A DNA stretch of 64,000 nt. It comes from Takakia lepidozioides. Lineage: Eukaryota; Plantae; Bryophyta. The stretch is from positions 4,774,001 through 4,838,000 of the forward strand of contig CM060731.1 of NCBI GenBank assembly GCA_030704615.1, written 5' to 3'. Numbering within the stretch: position 1 is the first letter of the stretch; every line of letters starts with the position of its first letter. Made by a program: the position numbers and the translations under genes. Under the pieces are notes generated by a model. It was not told the DNA's origin, ran no database searches, and was given only the letters and a program-made list of their open reading frames with translations. Shown piece after piece: positions 49,700-62,459 of the stretch.

Positions 49700-50833
49700 C
49701 ACAAAGGGACGTGTGTGGCATGAGTTCAAACTTTATTATATAAAGCCTCGCTCCACCCACGGGTGGAAGCAATCTTCAGATTTGGTAATGCGAGAGGATC
49801 CGGAACGGTTTCAAAAGAGGTTTCGGGTTTCTGTCCCTACCTTTCACTATATTCTTGAATTGGTCACAGCGGAGATGACAAGGAATCCACCACTTGATAT
49901 AATCACCATAATTGGACGGCTACTCCCCGTTCCCAAACAGGTTGCAATCGCTTTGTGACGGTTTGGAACGGGTGACACGCATACGTCCATAGGGGAGTTA
50001 TTTGGGGTTGCTGATTGCACATGCGTGAACATTTGCAAAAGGTTCATAAAAACGCATATTCTTGGAGCATGCCATTACATCTACAAAGGCCTACTGGTGA
50101 GCTGGCTATGGCACAAGTGAAGACTGATTTCGAGAACATGCATGGAATACCACAAGTGTGCGGTGCAATTGACTGCACACACATTAAGTTTGATCGACCA
50201 GCTCACGAAAAAGGCTCAGATTGGTACGACCGTGATCATAATTACTCAATGATACTACAAGGTATCATAGATCACCAAGCTCGATTTATTGATGTATTTG
50301 TTGGCTTTCCTGTGTCAGTCCACGATGCTCGTGTTTTCCAGCGGTCAAACCACCATGCCCAAGTTGTAGAGAGGACACGATTGAAAAACTGACCAACGGT
50401 GGAGGTTGAAGGAGTCTATGTCCACGAGTTTATTATTGGCGATGCAGGTTACACATTGGATCGCAATTTACTGGTTCCTTGGCTTGGAGTTACTCTTCCA
50501 CGTATGTACCGGCACTTCAACTACAAGCACTCACCTACTCGCATGGTAGTTGAACATTCCTTTGGGCTATTGAAAGGAATATGGCATATTTTGAAGAATA
50601 CTATGGCATGCCCAAATTTGCGCAAGCTTCCTAGTTTAGTTGTAGCTTGTTGTTTGCTGCATAACACAATTATAGATCGTGGAGATGAAATATATGAAGG
50701 GATTGTTCTTTGGGGTCTCCATAATGAGGGATATCTACAACAAATTATGCGTGGTGCGCCTTTAGATGAGGCTCATCAATTGCAAATGACAATTGCAAAG
50801 CATACATACCTTTTAGAGGCTACCCGATTTTGA
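49700..50833 (+). pseudogene. PIF/Harbinger (HARBI1-like) transposase, with stops and a frameshift
   Basis: RFRVS..TF, QVAIAL, GAIDCTHI, VHDARVF, IIGDAGY, FNYKHS..RMVVEHSFGLLKG.W, CCLLHN. Confidence 0.92.
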
Positions 50834-51004
50834 TGATTGAATTTGAAATTCAAGTGTTCAGTCTCAAGGTGCGTGTTTCAATTTTATTATTGCAGTAATT
50901 TACAACAAACAAAATCAAAGAAACCTTGGCAGCGGCTACTCACAATTGAGAAAGAAAGAATTTTAACCTCCTTTTTGTATTGGCCATGGGCCCATTGGAA
51001 AGAG

Positions 51005-51260
51005 ACATCATCCTTGGTAGCAGGATTTGAACCCCAAACTACTGGGTGATACACACCCATGATATGAAGGTGCCAACACCCCTCGCTCCAACCCCCGCCA
51101 CCACGCGGGACCCACCCTTTGCCAAGTGACCGGCTCAAATGGTTCGCGCCTTGGACAGCGAGGCAGACCTACTGCCCAATTGCTTTCGAACCCTATGCAC
51201 ATAAAAACAACCATCCATGCCACCAGTCGGCCATGCTCCACCTCCATCGGCTAAATTGGA
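51005..51260 (-). mobile_element. possible tRNA-derived SINE remnant
   Basis: Two B-box-like motifs (ggttcgaaagc, ggttcaaatcc) and one weak A box; no TSD found. Confidence 0.25.
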
Positions 51261-51781
51261 TAACTTGCCTGGGACATGGAAGTTGGCCCTTAGCCATTGA
51301 ACATATAGCCAGCCAGACGACCATCAAGGTGCTGCGCCACACGACTGTCGCGACTGGGCGTTGACCCATTGGGGCGCAGAGTACGATACTGTAGGACTTC
51401 CCACACGCGCGGAATTGCTAAGGTCCAAGAACCGCTGGGTAATCGCTTTAAAAACAATTAAAAAAAAAATCGCTTCATCCCGTGCACCTCTGGTTGCGGA
51501 TCAACGAGCATATGACGTTTATTAAGCATGTGAGCATTTATTAATTAGCATGTGACGTTTCGCCTTCAAGAATGAATGTCATCAATATTTATGTTATTTT
51601 TTCATCCGCTATGACTGAATGAGAGCAAATAAGGGTTGACTATTAGTCAAACTAACGGAGAGCGTGTTCCCCTGATCATTACGGACAGTTCCCAGCTAAA
51701 ATAGGCGTTCCCAAGATACACGTTTTCTGAAGGGATTTGAACAAATATATGTCGGCTATAAGGGTTTCTGGGGTTTAGGCC

Positions 51782-52324
51782 TGTGGAGCTGGGATTCCTT
51801 CTCACCTTACTTTTTGACATGGATGGATGGAGGAGGGATGCGCTCCGGATGATTTAAAGGATGGACGAAGCCCGGATGAAAGCTGGATGGACTTACACCT
51901 TGCGCATGAGAATGAGCTGGCAACAACTGATGGCTTTAGTAGGGGCTGTTTTATTCTAACAGCTAGTTTAGGATCAGATTAGGATGAGACTAGGTGATCT
52001 GGCTTCTTTCTATGGCTATGCTGGAAGGACATCTGGTGGACCTATGTGTAAGTGCCACATGGCACTAAGATTAGATTATGACCTAATGCTATTTAAGCCT
52101 CACTTTCGTGGCAGTGGGGGTGGTGATGGCTTTTGAGTCTCACGCAAGCGTACGTTGGGCGTAATGGTGTGTCTAAGTGGTTGGATGAAAGTGTTGGAGG
52201 TCAGGGTTTGTGGCGTCCTCTTATAAAGATCCGTCTTCTCTGCCAGGCCCTTCTACTGACTACATTCCCCAGATAGGGTCAAGTCCGGTAGAGGAAGGGG
52301 AACAAACCCATAGCGCCGGAATCA
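51782..52324 (+). repeat. 5' LTR of family C
   Basis: TG...CA; about a dozen substitutions and a few indels versus the 3' LTR (counted by eye). Confidence 0.95.
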
Positions 52325-52340
52325 TGGTGGAGATGCGGGG
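52325..52340 (+). promoter_or_regulatory. primer-binding site, probably tRNA-Ala
   Basis: tggtggagatgcgggg directly after the LTR, complementary to ...CCCCGCAUCUCCACCA. Confidence 0.8.
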
Positions 52341-52462
52341 TAACTAAAGTCGTTAACAGAGGATTTAATGAGTACGGAGCACCTGAGAACAGTAAATTGG
52401 GTACGGGGATTTTGCATGATTGCAGGGAGAGGGGTGGCAAAATGGCGGTTGTTGTCTTGCAC

Positions 52463-52501
<39 letters not shown>

Positions 52502-52546
52502 CTGCTCGTGTTTTCTTGTGTTTTGAGAGTTCGGCAACCAAGCGCG

Positions 52547-53737
52547 ATGGCTTCCAGTTCTGAACGTGGTTGGTTTGAACTTGATCAAGTTGAGGTCCCG
52601 CGCTTGAAGCAGACTCTGGCGTTGGAATCTCGCTACATTTGCGAGCTTGCGCGCAACCTGTTGCCGGAGCAGTTGGTTTTTGTTGATTACCCGAAAGGAG
52701 AACCTCTTCCACGCCCTGAGCTCCCGTTGGATACGCCCTCAGAGTTCCAAAACATTTGAGGAAACTGCGCGCAAGGAAGCCTGCAAGCCCATACGCACCA
52801 AATGACAGATGCCAATGTAAGCGAGGGACGCGAAGAGACGGTGGATCCCTCCAAGACACCACAGAGAGGCAGTAACACACTGGTTAGACCATCGCGGGCA
52901 AGAGCAGCCCCTGCAATTACCCATACGGTGGAGAGTGGAGGAGAGGAAAGAACACCAGAAAGAGCACGGATTGTGCAAGTTCGAGGTGAAGCCAGGGAGA
53001 GGGCAGTAGAGACGGGGAGAGTGCTGGAGGTGGTTTTGCAGGTGGCTGACCCTGTTGAGGAGGACGACAGGGAGCTTTCTGACCGGGATGACATCCTCCC
53101 GGACATCCCCAGGCCCCAAACCCGGAGCATACAGGCTGGATTTGGCGGTCCTGGTGGGCTGCCGGAAAACCCCTCTACAACAGACGTCATGTCTGAGGCG
53201 GATATGAAGTTGGCCGCTGCCAAGATGTTGGAGGCAACCCACAGCAACATTGGCAGGGTGCTGGGGGGCATGGTGTACCCGGCCAAGCTTCGAATTCCCC
53301 TTTGCCGCTTGGTGTCATTGCAGGTGGTGAGACCTGCCCTCCCAGGCGATATCGACAAGCTGAAATTCTCTTTCCGGGATGGATATCGAATGGGGTCTGC
53401 CGCGTTTTACGTTTCCATTGAGAACGACCACGGAGCTTCCCGTGCCCACACTTCCGATGAGGTGGACAAATGGGGTCCCCATTGGCAAACGCGAAATGAG
53501 GAGTTCGAGATATCAATTGCTAGTGATCCTCTTTTCCAGCACTTGTCCAGTAAGATGTTCTACGTGTGGGACGGCAATCATCGCCTCCTGGCATGGATGG
53601 AGCACATTGCCCAAGCCCACCCCAACGACCTCGATTGGCATTTCGCCGTGGATTGTGTTGTGCTGAAGGTTGCGGGGCAATTTTTATTCCCAGTGCCGGA
53701 GCATGCAAAGACTCCAGCCAAAGACAGGGAGGGGTAG
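52547..53737 (+). pseudogene. extra ORF with a ParB/Srx-like domain upstream of gag
   Basis: One in-frame TGA at 52757; IPLCRL...VRP......KL..SF...FYVWDGNHRLLAW (DGxHR..A motif) at ~53290-53665. Confidence 0.7.
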
Positions 53738-54508
53738 AGAAAGAGGGCATACTAGGGTGCGCTTAAACCTTGCTGGCCACAGCCCTGTTGAAAATCTCTT
53801 GAAGGTAAAGCTCATTCGTGAATCGCTTCAGGGGGCCTATGCTGCGCGCCTACTCCTCAAACTTCACTCCAGGGAAGTCACTCTACAAATCCCCCTTGCT
53901 AGTGCCAAGGAACAGTTGGAGGCTGGTGAAAAGCTTAGCTGGGCTGTCTTGGGCATCCCAATTCTCTGTGAGTCGAGAATTGGGTATGGAGCTTGAGAGC
54001 TTCCTACCTCCTGACAAGCCGAGCCCTCTACGCTTGTGGGAACTGGTTAAGGGAGGAACATCTATCCTGCTTGCTAATTTAAGACCTCGAGTTCCGCCAG
54101 CCCCGACCCGGGATCCCACTTGGGAAGAACTCATCACGGGTATCCCTGACTCTAAATTTCCTTTTTGTCCTAGTGATGTGTTGATCTTTCCGGGGGTGTG
54201 TTTTCGGCGTGAAACGGTAGGTCTCTACAAGGCCGAGGAAGCTTGAACCTATCCTGCACACACGATGTTGGTAAAAGAGAAGGTGGCGCAGCATTGTGCG
54301 AGTGGCTTTTTGGCTCAAGGGAGAAGAAGAGTTGTGGGCATTCTTGGGCGAATGAGTGTACCTGCTGCACAAGCACCGCTTCATTACCTCCCATTGTGTG
54401 TCTGGGTAGGACTTGCAGCTTAGTGCTCCTTTGGACAGGTAGCCGTGTCCTTCTCTTATCATGCATGTATTTACAAGATCTATGCTAGAAAGGGCAGCAG
54501 AAGAAACA

Positions 54509-55656
54509 ATGGGACTGAATGAGTTGGAAAAACGTGCAGCGGAGGAGAGGGAAGAGACAACAACTAATGAAAAGAATAATATGGAAAGGGGAGAGTCGTC
54601 CGGAGATCACAAAGACCCGGCGACTGTGCCTCAGCCCACATTTGATTTGGACGAGTTGTGTGAAGCCATGGGGGTTATTTCAAATTGCCCCCCCCCCCTT
54701 TTGAAGATGTTGCTGAAACAATCTGAGGCTCCAGACACTACTCCACGAAAATCTGATCATGGGGAGCGAATGCATAAGCAGCAATACCCTGAGTACAACA
54801 TAGGGGAGGATTTTGAGTCCTTCTTGGAATTTTTTGAAATCAGCACTGAAATGAATGGGGTTCCTCCACGATTCCAAGTCAAGTCCTTTCGGATCTGTCT
54901 CAAGGGAGAGGCGAGGCAACTATTTGAGTCCAACATTAAGGACAAAACTGATCTTACGTGGGTCGAGGCTAGAGGGTTGGCTCGCAAGCTCTTTCGTGAA
55001 GAAAACCCTATAGCTTACACCACACCAGACTTAAAATTTCACTATGGCGACAGTGTGTGGAAATACTACACTGATTTACGAACTGCAATTTGTAAGTCGG
55101 TTTTGATTACATCAGAAAGACCTGCTATTTTGAAACATTGTTTTGTAAAAGGCTTGCCACCTGCTGAGAAAGTGTTTTTGCAAAAACAGTCTTACACCAC
55201 TGAAGATGAGATGGTGGAATTGATTGAAGAATGATTACGTCTCAAAGCTGCTAAGGTAGATCTGTCTAAAGTCGCCCCTACGAAACACATTCATCTCGCT
55301 AGTGAGAGTCACTGTGTAGAGCCTACTGATGGGGACCCTGGGGTGAAAGGTATTGCAGCAGATCTGGTCCCTTCCATTGTGCATGAATTGTCATCCTTTC
55401 GTAATGAAATCTAGGGAGAGTTGCAAGCCTTCAAGGTAGGCTGGAACCCTGCAGTCCCTGCCAGATCCGGGACTCAAAGTAAAGCCTATGCTGGCACGCG
55501 TCATGACACCAGAACCTCAGTGGTGGCTTGCATGATTTGCAAGTCCATCAAGCATTACACCAGGTGGTGCCCTTATTAGTCTGACTTGCCTGCCCTGATT
55601 GAACAGTTACAAAGGGATAAGAAACAGCAGGGTACTTTAAACGAACCCGGTCGTTT
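54509..55656 (+). pseudogene. gag of family C
   Basis: YPEY..GEDFESFLEFFE...LKGEARQLF...LTW...FVKGLP; C..C...H...C knuckle at ~55530. Confidence 0.75.
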
Positions 55657-58600
55657 GTGAGGGTGCCAGATGACCATGGTAAGAACCCCAGCATGCTGGT
55701 AAGTGTTGTTCTTTCTCGTGATTTCAAACTCATGCATTGTGAAGCCTATAAACGTGTCAGTCGGGACCGTATTCATCCGTTGATGACACAATGCCATGTA
55801 GGCTACCTTTCCTTTCCATGTGTTATTGATACGGGCTGTACCATGTCTACCATTCCACTTAGCACAGTTCGCATTCTTGGATTAAAGATTGGTTCTGCTC
55901 ATGGCCTTGTGGTTACCATAGCTGATGGCATGGCTTATGAACCTATCGGGTTAGTCACCTTACTTATCCGCATTAGTGGGAAAACTGTCTTGCTAACCTG
56001 CATTGTCACCATGGGTGAGCAAGTTTTGCTGGGTCTGGATTGGATGAAGGGTGCAGAGGTCAGCATAGACATCATGAATAACATTATGTGTCTTCACAAT
56101 GGTGAAGGGCAACCCTACAAGGTGAATCTAAACCATGTTACCATTGCTGCTGGGACCTCTATGGCCAACTATTCTAGTCTCAAGTTTCAAGCTGAGCAGA
56201 TGAAGGAGCAGGTGGGTTTGCATTATAATTGGGCCAGGTTCAGCCAGTTCCACCCAATTGGTGCTACCTTGTATCAATGGCATTTCCCTCCACCAAGTAA
56301 GAAGTCTGGACCTCCACTGCCCGTGGCAAAGAACTCTCTTTTGCTACGTTCTCCTGTTGACTTCATCATCCTTGCTTTTTCTCAGCGCATAATACCTACA
56401 GGTCTAGCTTTTGCTTGCCTTGCAGGTCATTTCCTTGAGATTGAGGGCTGGAAGAAACTTACCCTCCAAAAGCACTGTCTGATTGCTTCTGGGGTTTTAG
56501 ATCGAGGTTTCAAAGGAGAGGTCTGGTTACTTCTTGCTAATCCTGAACGCATCAACATCTGTATATGTAAGGGTCAAGTCCTTGCTAGACTCACTGCTAC
56601 TCCTTTGTCTGAGCTGACCTCTGTTCAGAAAGGTCTCAGTCTTCATGATATTGGGCTGGTGGATTCCCCTGTGGACCAACTCCAGGCCTTTGACTCTCAC
56701 TCTGGTTCCACTGACAAAGGCCCGCTTACTCCGGAGGCAGAGCAACATTTCCAGCAAGTATTAAAGGATATCAAGGTGGGTGATCACCTTGCTCCCCAGC
56801 AGATTAGTCGCCTGCACCAGTTTCTACGTGACAACCTCGACATCTTTAGTCAAGGGCTTCATGACTTGGGCCGTACCACCCTTCTAGATCATGACATCAT
56901 CACGGATGGTAAGCCTATCAAACAACATGCCTACAGGGAGAGTGTACGTGAGCGCAAAGTCATTCAGGATGAGATTACAAAAATGCTTGATGTTGGTGTC
57001 ATTACCCCCTCCATATCTCCTTGGGCCAGTCCCATTGTATTGGTGGGTAAAAATGATGGCTCAACCCGCTTTTGCGTTGATTTTCGGCGTTTAAATGCCA
57101 TCACTAAGAGGGATGTCTACCCTTTGCCACGCATCAATGAAACGCTAGATCAACTTAATGGGGCCACTATCTTCTCTTCCTTAGATTTAGCCTCTGGCTT
57201 TTGGCAAGTTCCTTTAACTGCTGCTGCTAAAGAGAAAACTGCCTTCACCTGCAGGATGGGCCTCTTTCAATTTGAAACCATGCCTTTTGGCCTTTGCAAC
57301 GCCACTGCCACATTTCAGCGCCTAATGGATATCGTTTTAGGAAACCTTCGTTGGGAATGTGCCCTGGTTTACATCGATGACATCAACATTTACTCTACTA
57401 CGTTTGATGCTCATCTGTTGGATTTACAGCGGGTTGTGTGCAGGCTTCGTGCCGCTGGGCTTAAGGTTAAGGCCAAGAAGTGTGAATTCTGTATGGAACA
57501 GCTCCATTTCTTGGGCCATCTGCTTTCTGCTGCTGGCATCAGTCCCGACCCTGCCAAGATCCAAGCTGTGTGGAACTATCTAGCCCCTTGAGATAAAAAC
57601 ATGCGTTAAAGCCTTCTTAGGCTTGGGTTCTTACTATCGCCGCTTCATTTTTCAGTTTGTCAAGTTAGCTGCTCCCTTCGAGCACTCGATTGTTATCCAA
57701 GGATGCTTGTTTTGTCTGGGGTACTGCAAAAACATCAGCATTTGAGAAGCTCAAAATTGCACTTACCTCTGCTCCTATGCTTGCCTATCCTGATTTTACC
57801 TTGTCATTTCTCTTGCAAATTGATGCCAGTGATCTCGCTATCTCTGCTGTGTTAAGCCAGATTCAAGATGGTCAGGAGCATGCCATCGCCTACGCCTCTC
57901 GCCGCCTTGATAAACATGAACGCAATTACTCCATCACTGACAAGGAAGGCCTTGCCGTTATTTTTGGTGTCAAATATTTCCGGCAGTATTTGCATGGCTG
58001 TCATTTTACTGTTAAAACTGACCATCTCCCTTTAAAAGCCTTGCTAACTCCTCGTGAACTCACTAACAGGTTAGCTAGATGGGCTCTAATCTTGCAAGGC
58101 TATGACTTCACCATTTCATACAAGCGTGGGAAAGATAATGTTAATGCAGATGCTCTGACTAGAGGCGAATCCAAAATATCTGCACCCTACACTTCCTTAA
58201 GTGATCTTGTCTCCCCTGCTGAACGATCTCCCTCACCTACTGTACCTGTTTCAGACCCATATGCCTTGTGTCATTTGCTGGATTATCCTTATGTTCCTCC
58301 AGATTTACTTGACACTTGGGATCTTCTACAATTTGATGTTGGCTGAACTTCCCGTGGTGTTGCCATGAATTTTGGTCAGGTATCCTGCAGCTTAGTCTGG
58401 TGCTCTTCCTTACGTTAGCACTGCCCATCTTGTCTGGCGCCTGCCTTGGTTTGTTTTCTAACCGAGAGACTGAGCTGTGCCTTACAGCATGCTTGCCTCC
58501 TCATCGGCAGCCAACTGAAAATGAAGTCAGGATTCCGAAAGGAAGAGAACGGGGGCTGTCACTTTCTTCTCGCTTGCACTAACCTGCTGTTGTGTGGCCA

Positions 58601-59958
58601 TGAGTGATGTAGGCATGGATGATCTATTATACGATGCTCTTCTCCATAGGTGCAAAACCGGCACCCACCTTAGTGGCATATCCAAGCTGCTCATGAGGCA
58701 AGTCAACTATCACTTACCCAGCCACCGGGAAAGTGAAGGGAGATTGTTCAGAGTCACTGCTTTGGAAGGTACCTCTGTTGTGGAAGTCCCTTCTAGGTCC
58801 GTTGTCCCTGCTTTACTTGAATTATACCATGCTTCTACTTATGCTGGCCATTTGGGGGTTGCTAAAACTGTCAAGAGATTACAGGAGCAGTATCACTGGA
58901 AAGGCTTAGTTAAAGATGTCTCAGCTTTCATTGCAAGGTGTGTGCCCTGTCATGCTAAAACCATCCTACCTAGAACCGAAGCTCCCTTGCCTTTACAGCC
59001 TATCCCGGTGACTGAACCATTTGCCAGGGTTGGCTTAGATCTAGTCGGACCCCTTAAATCCACGTCCAAGGGCCATGCATACCTTGCGGTTGCAACGGAC
59101 TACCTGACGAAATGGGTTGAGCTCCGCCCTCTGGTTGCTAATGATAGTGATGAGGTGGTGCACTTCTTCTTTGATAAGGTGATTCTTCGTCATGGTTGCC
59201 CTCTGGAAATCCTCACGGATCAAGGTACAGAGTTCTGCAATGAGCTTATGGAGATTGTCTTGTTTAATCTCAACACTAAGCATGCCGTTACTGCTCCCTA
59301 CAATCCCCAATGCAATGGTTTGACAGAACGATTTAACAAAACTATATGTCAGATGCTCGAGAGGACTGGGACACTCATTGATGAATGGGATATTGCTATG
59401 CGTATTTTGCTCTTTGCCTATAGGACCTCTATCCATGCCAGTACCAAAATCTCACCTTTTGAACTTTTGTATGGTAGGAAATTTAGGACCCCTTTGCATA
59501 TTTCCTGGCTGCAGGTCTCGGCTACTGAACCTGAGAATTGGGAAACCTTCTTGCTTTCCATGGATGCTAAACGGCGTCGTTTGAGGGAGACTGCCAAAAC
59601 TAACATTGTGTTTGCTCAAGCTGCTCAGGCAAAGAATTACAACCACCATGTTGTATATTCTGAGTCCTTCAAGGTAGGCCAATCTGTTTGTGTGAGACTC
59701 CCTGGTAAGCAGATTTCCAAGGCTAAACGACGCATTGATGGCCCTTACCTTATCTCTAATATTATTCCTGGCAGGCAGTATGTCTTGCTCCCACAACATG
59801 CCTCGACTCCTCACTTAGCTAGCTCCATTTATGTTTCATTACTTGTTCCATGCACTCTTATTTTTGATCTAACATGTTTGAATGTTGAGAACCGTCAAGT
59901 GATCTTCACTCCCACAGCTCGGATAGCTCGCAATCTACCAGCCTCATCTTTAGAATAG
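55657..59958 (+). pseudogene. pol of family C, a few stops and frameshifts
   Basis: VIDTGC protease; SPWASP, RFCVDFR, LDLASGFWQ, MPFGL, YIDD (RT); IDASD...AYASR (RNase H); H-H-C-C, GLDL, TDQG, ERFN and GPY (integrase). Confidence 0.95.
56330..56605 (+). other. dUTPase-like domain between protease and RT
   Basis: LRSPVDFII......IPTGLAF....GHFLEI...SGVLDRGFKGEVWLLLAN.....I.KGQVLARL follows the trimeric dUTPase pattern; motif 2 RS and the motif 4 Gln are replaced. Confidence 0.78.
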
Positions 59959-60187
59959 TGTTTGAATTTCGTGCTAGTTTTCTACACCATTTGTAGCACT
60001 TGGGGTTTTTCCTATGGGATGTTTTGTCCTCCACCCAACTTGCAGGGTGAGGTTTTCTTCCGTAGGTTTTTTCATCCCTTGTGTGCCGGGTGTGTAGCTT
60101 GTTTTGGCTAGGTTTCCTTTCTTGTCCTCCTGAGCTCATCACTCGCAGGAGCTCGCAGTTTCTTATGGCCCCAGCAGGCATCACATA

Positions 60188-60702
60188 TGTGGAGCTGGGA
60201 TTCCTTCTCACCTTACTTTTCGACATGGATGGATGGAGGAGGGATGCGCTCCGGATGATTTAAGGGATGGACGAAGCCCGGATGAAAGCTGGATGGACTT
60301 ACACCTTGCGCATGAGGCTGAGCTGGCAACAGCTGATGGCTTAACAGCTAGTTTAGGATCAGATTAGGATGAGACTAGGTGATCTGGCTTCTTTCTATGG
60401 CTATGCTGGAAGGACATCTGGTGGACCTATGTGTAAGTGCCACATGGCACTAAGATTAGATTATGACCTAATGCTATTTAAGCCTCACTGCCGTGGGAGT
60501 GGGGTGGTGATGGCTTTTGAGTCTTACGCAAGCGTACGTTGGGCGTAACGGTGTGTCTAAGTGGTGGATGAAAGTGTTGGAGGTCAGGGTCTGTGGCGTC
60601 CTAAGATTCCGTCTTCTCTGCCAGGCCCTTCTACTGACTACATTCCCCAGATAGGGTCAAGTCCGATAGAGGAAGGGGAACAAACCCATAGCGTCGGAAT
60701 CA
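60188..60702 (+). repeat. 3' LTR of family C
   Basis: Direct repeat of 51782-52324. Confidence 0.95.
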
Positions 60703-62459
60703 GGCATCACAGGCCTGTAGGAATTAGTAAATAAAAGGTGAATTAAAGGTGAATTAAAAGGTAAATAAAAGGTGAATTAGTAAATGCAAACTACACTGGC
60801 TCAAAAGTGGCAGATGTGCCCTCCACTGAAAGTCCATGAGAAGAAATTAATTAAATTTTAATTAAAGATATTTGTTCAAATATATTTTTATCTTCATAAC
60901 TAATGGTATACTAATCAGCATTTTTTTTTTTCATTTAAGAACTTGAGCCACGTTGGCACCTGGCTGGCCTATGAGGAAGATCAATTGGCGACTCTGTGGC
61001 ATGTGATCTCGAACCGGTGGCTACTGTCAAGAATGTTTGACGAGTTTTATGCGAACTCAACTCATGTAGTGTTCGGTTTGTGGGAACGACAAGGGAGGTA
61101 ATTTTTTCTAAGTAACAACGACACTGCATCTTGCAAAGCCTAGCACAACTTTGTCACATGGATACAATCCATTGACAAATATGACTAATCTTGTGCAAGA
61201 TCAGCAACTCTGCTCAAAGCCTCATGTGCCAGTGCAAGAGACGGTGCAAGTCTGTTTAAATGGAGGTGCATGACACGGATACTAGGTGGGTAAGTGAAAC
61301 CTAAATGAGAGTTCTCTCCATAGCTCGATCCCTTGGCGAAAGCGGGAAGAGTTTGAACCCAAGGCTTTGCTCCTTGCACTGGCAGGGGTTTCTAGAAATC
61401 GATAGGCAAGATTATATGGATCTAACGAACCCAAATGGCATGTGGCTCTTTCCATGTGCGACAGTTGTACAGGCGGCGTCCTCATTGCAACGACATGATG
61501 GCATTAGGGAGGGCAGTAATGCGAAACAGTGCCATATTTTAACCCATAATTCCTTTGTAAATTTCATGAGGCCAATTTCTGGATCGAAAAATGGTGAAAT
61601 TTCGTGCATAAAAAAAACGCTGATACTAATCATATTTAGTAAATGGTTTCATTCCAAATATTTGAGGTATTTTTTATTATATTATTTGTTCTTATTTAGA
61701 AATAATAGCTATTTATCATTATCTTGTAGTTTAAGAAATTTGTCCATATAAAAATAGGCTCCTAGAGACAATAACAATATATATATTCTTAGCAAAGATC
61801 TCCACCCAAATATGAATTTTTCAAAATGCTATGGACAAATCGTCATTTTGGGGGTGTCGATGGAATTGTTCACAAATTTATATTTGTGTCTATTCAAACA
61901 TTGTGTATCTAGTTGTAAAATCCATATAATGAATTGGTTTGCACAAATAGGTTTTTCAGATGACATTTGGGACAATAGAGAGACTGTGACAGTCCATTGG
62001 AATTCCATGCAAAAGTCCATAGCTTCATGAGATTTCACCAAAAAAATTGTACCCACATGTACATATGGTAAGTGGCTAACCCATTCTAAGTCCATTTACT
62101 ATGAATATATACTTATGTGTATAGAGTGAAGAATAATATGATAAGCAGTCAGTCGAAAATTGCAAATTGCAGTCCAAACTGAGTCAATGTAGTCTGCATC
62201 TACCCAAAACCCAAGTACTATAAGACAATTAAAATTATAAAAAACACATAGGACTTCCATATGACCTACGAACGCAACCTCATCTTGTGAGAAAGAGAGT
62301 TGGACCCTTTTTTTGCCGGTAGGACTTAGTTTGTTTATGATACAGATTTCCGCCACTAACAATCCACTGATTTGTCATGTACTTACCGTAGTCCCATGAT
62401 CCCCCGTAGCTAGTATGTCGTCGCCCTTGCCGCACGCATCAAGGTCTCATCAGCAGTGA

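Larger units (their letters stand above)
51782..60711 (+). mobile_element. near full-length Ty3/Gypsy LTR retrotransposon, family C (ParB-like ORF, gag, PR, dUTPase-like, RT, RNase H, integrase)
   Basis: Two LTRs, a PBS, Gypsy domain order, TGTG...CACA termini flanked by ggcc/ggcc. Confidence 0.95.

Noticed and set aside
51760-51781. Telomere-like gggttt motifs next to the family C LTR
   Set aside because: Only two degenerate units
59700-59958. Chromodomain at the end of the family C integrase
   Set aside because: No chromodomain motif recognisable after GPY
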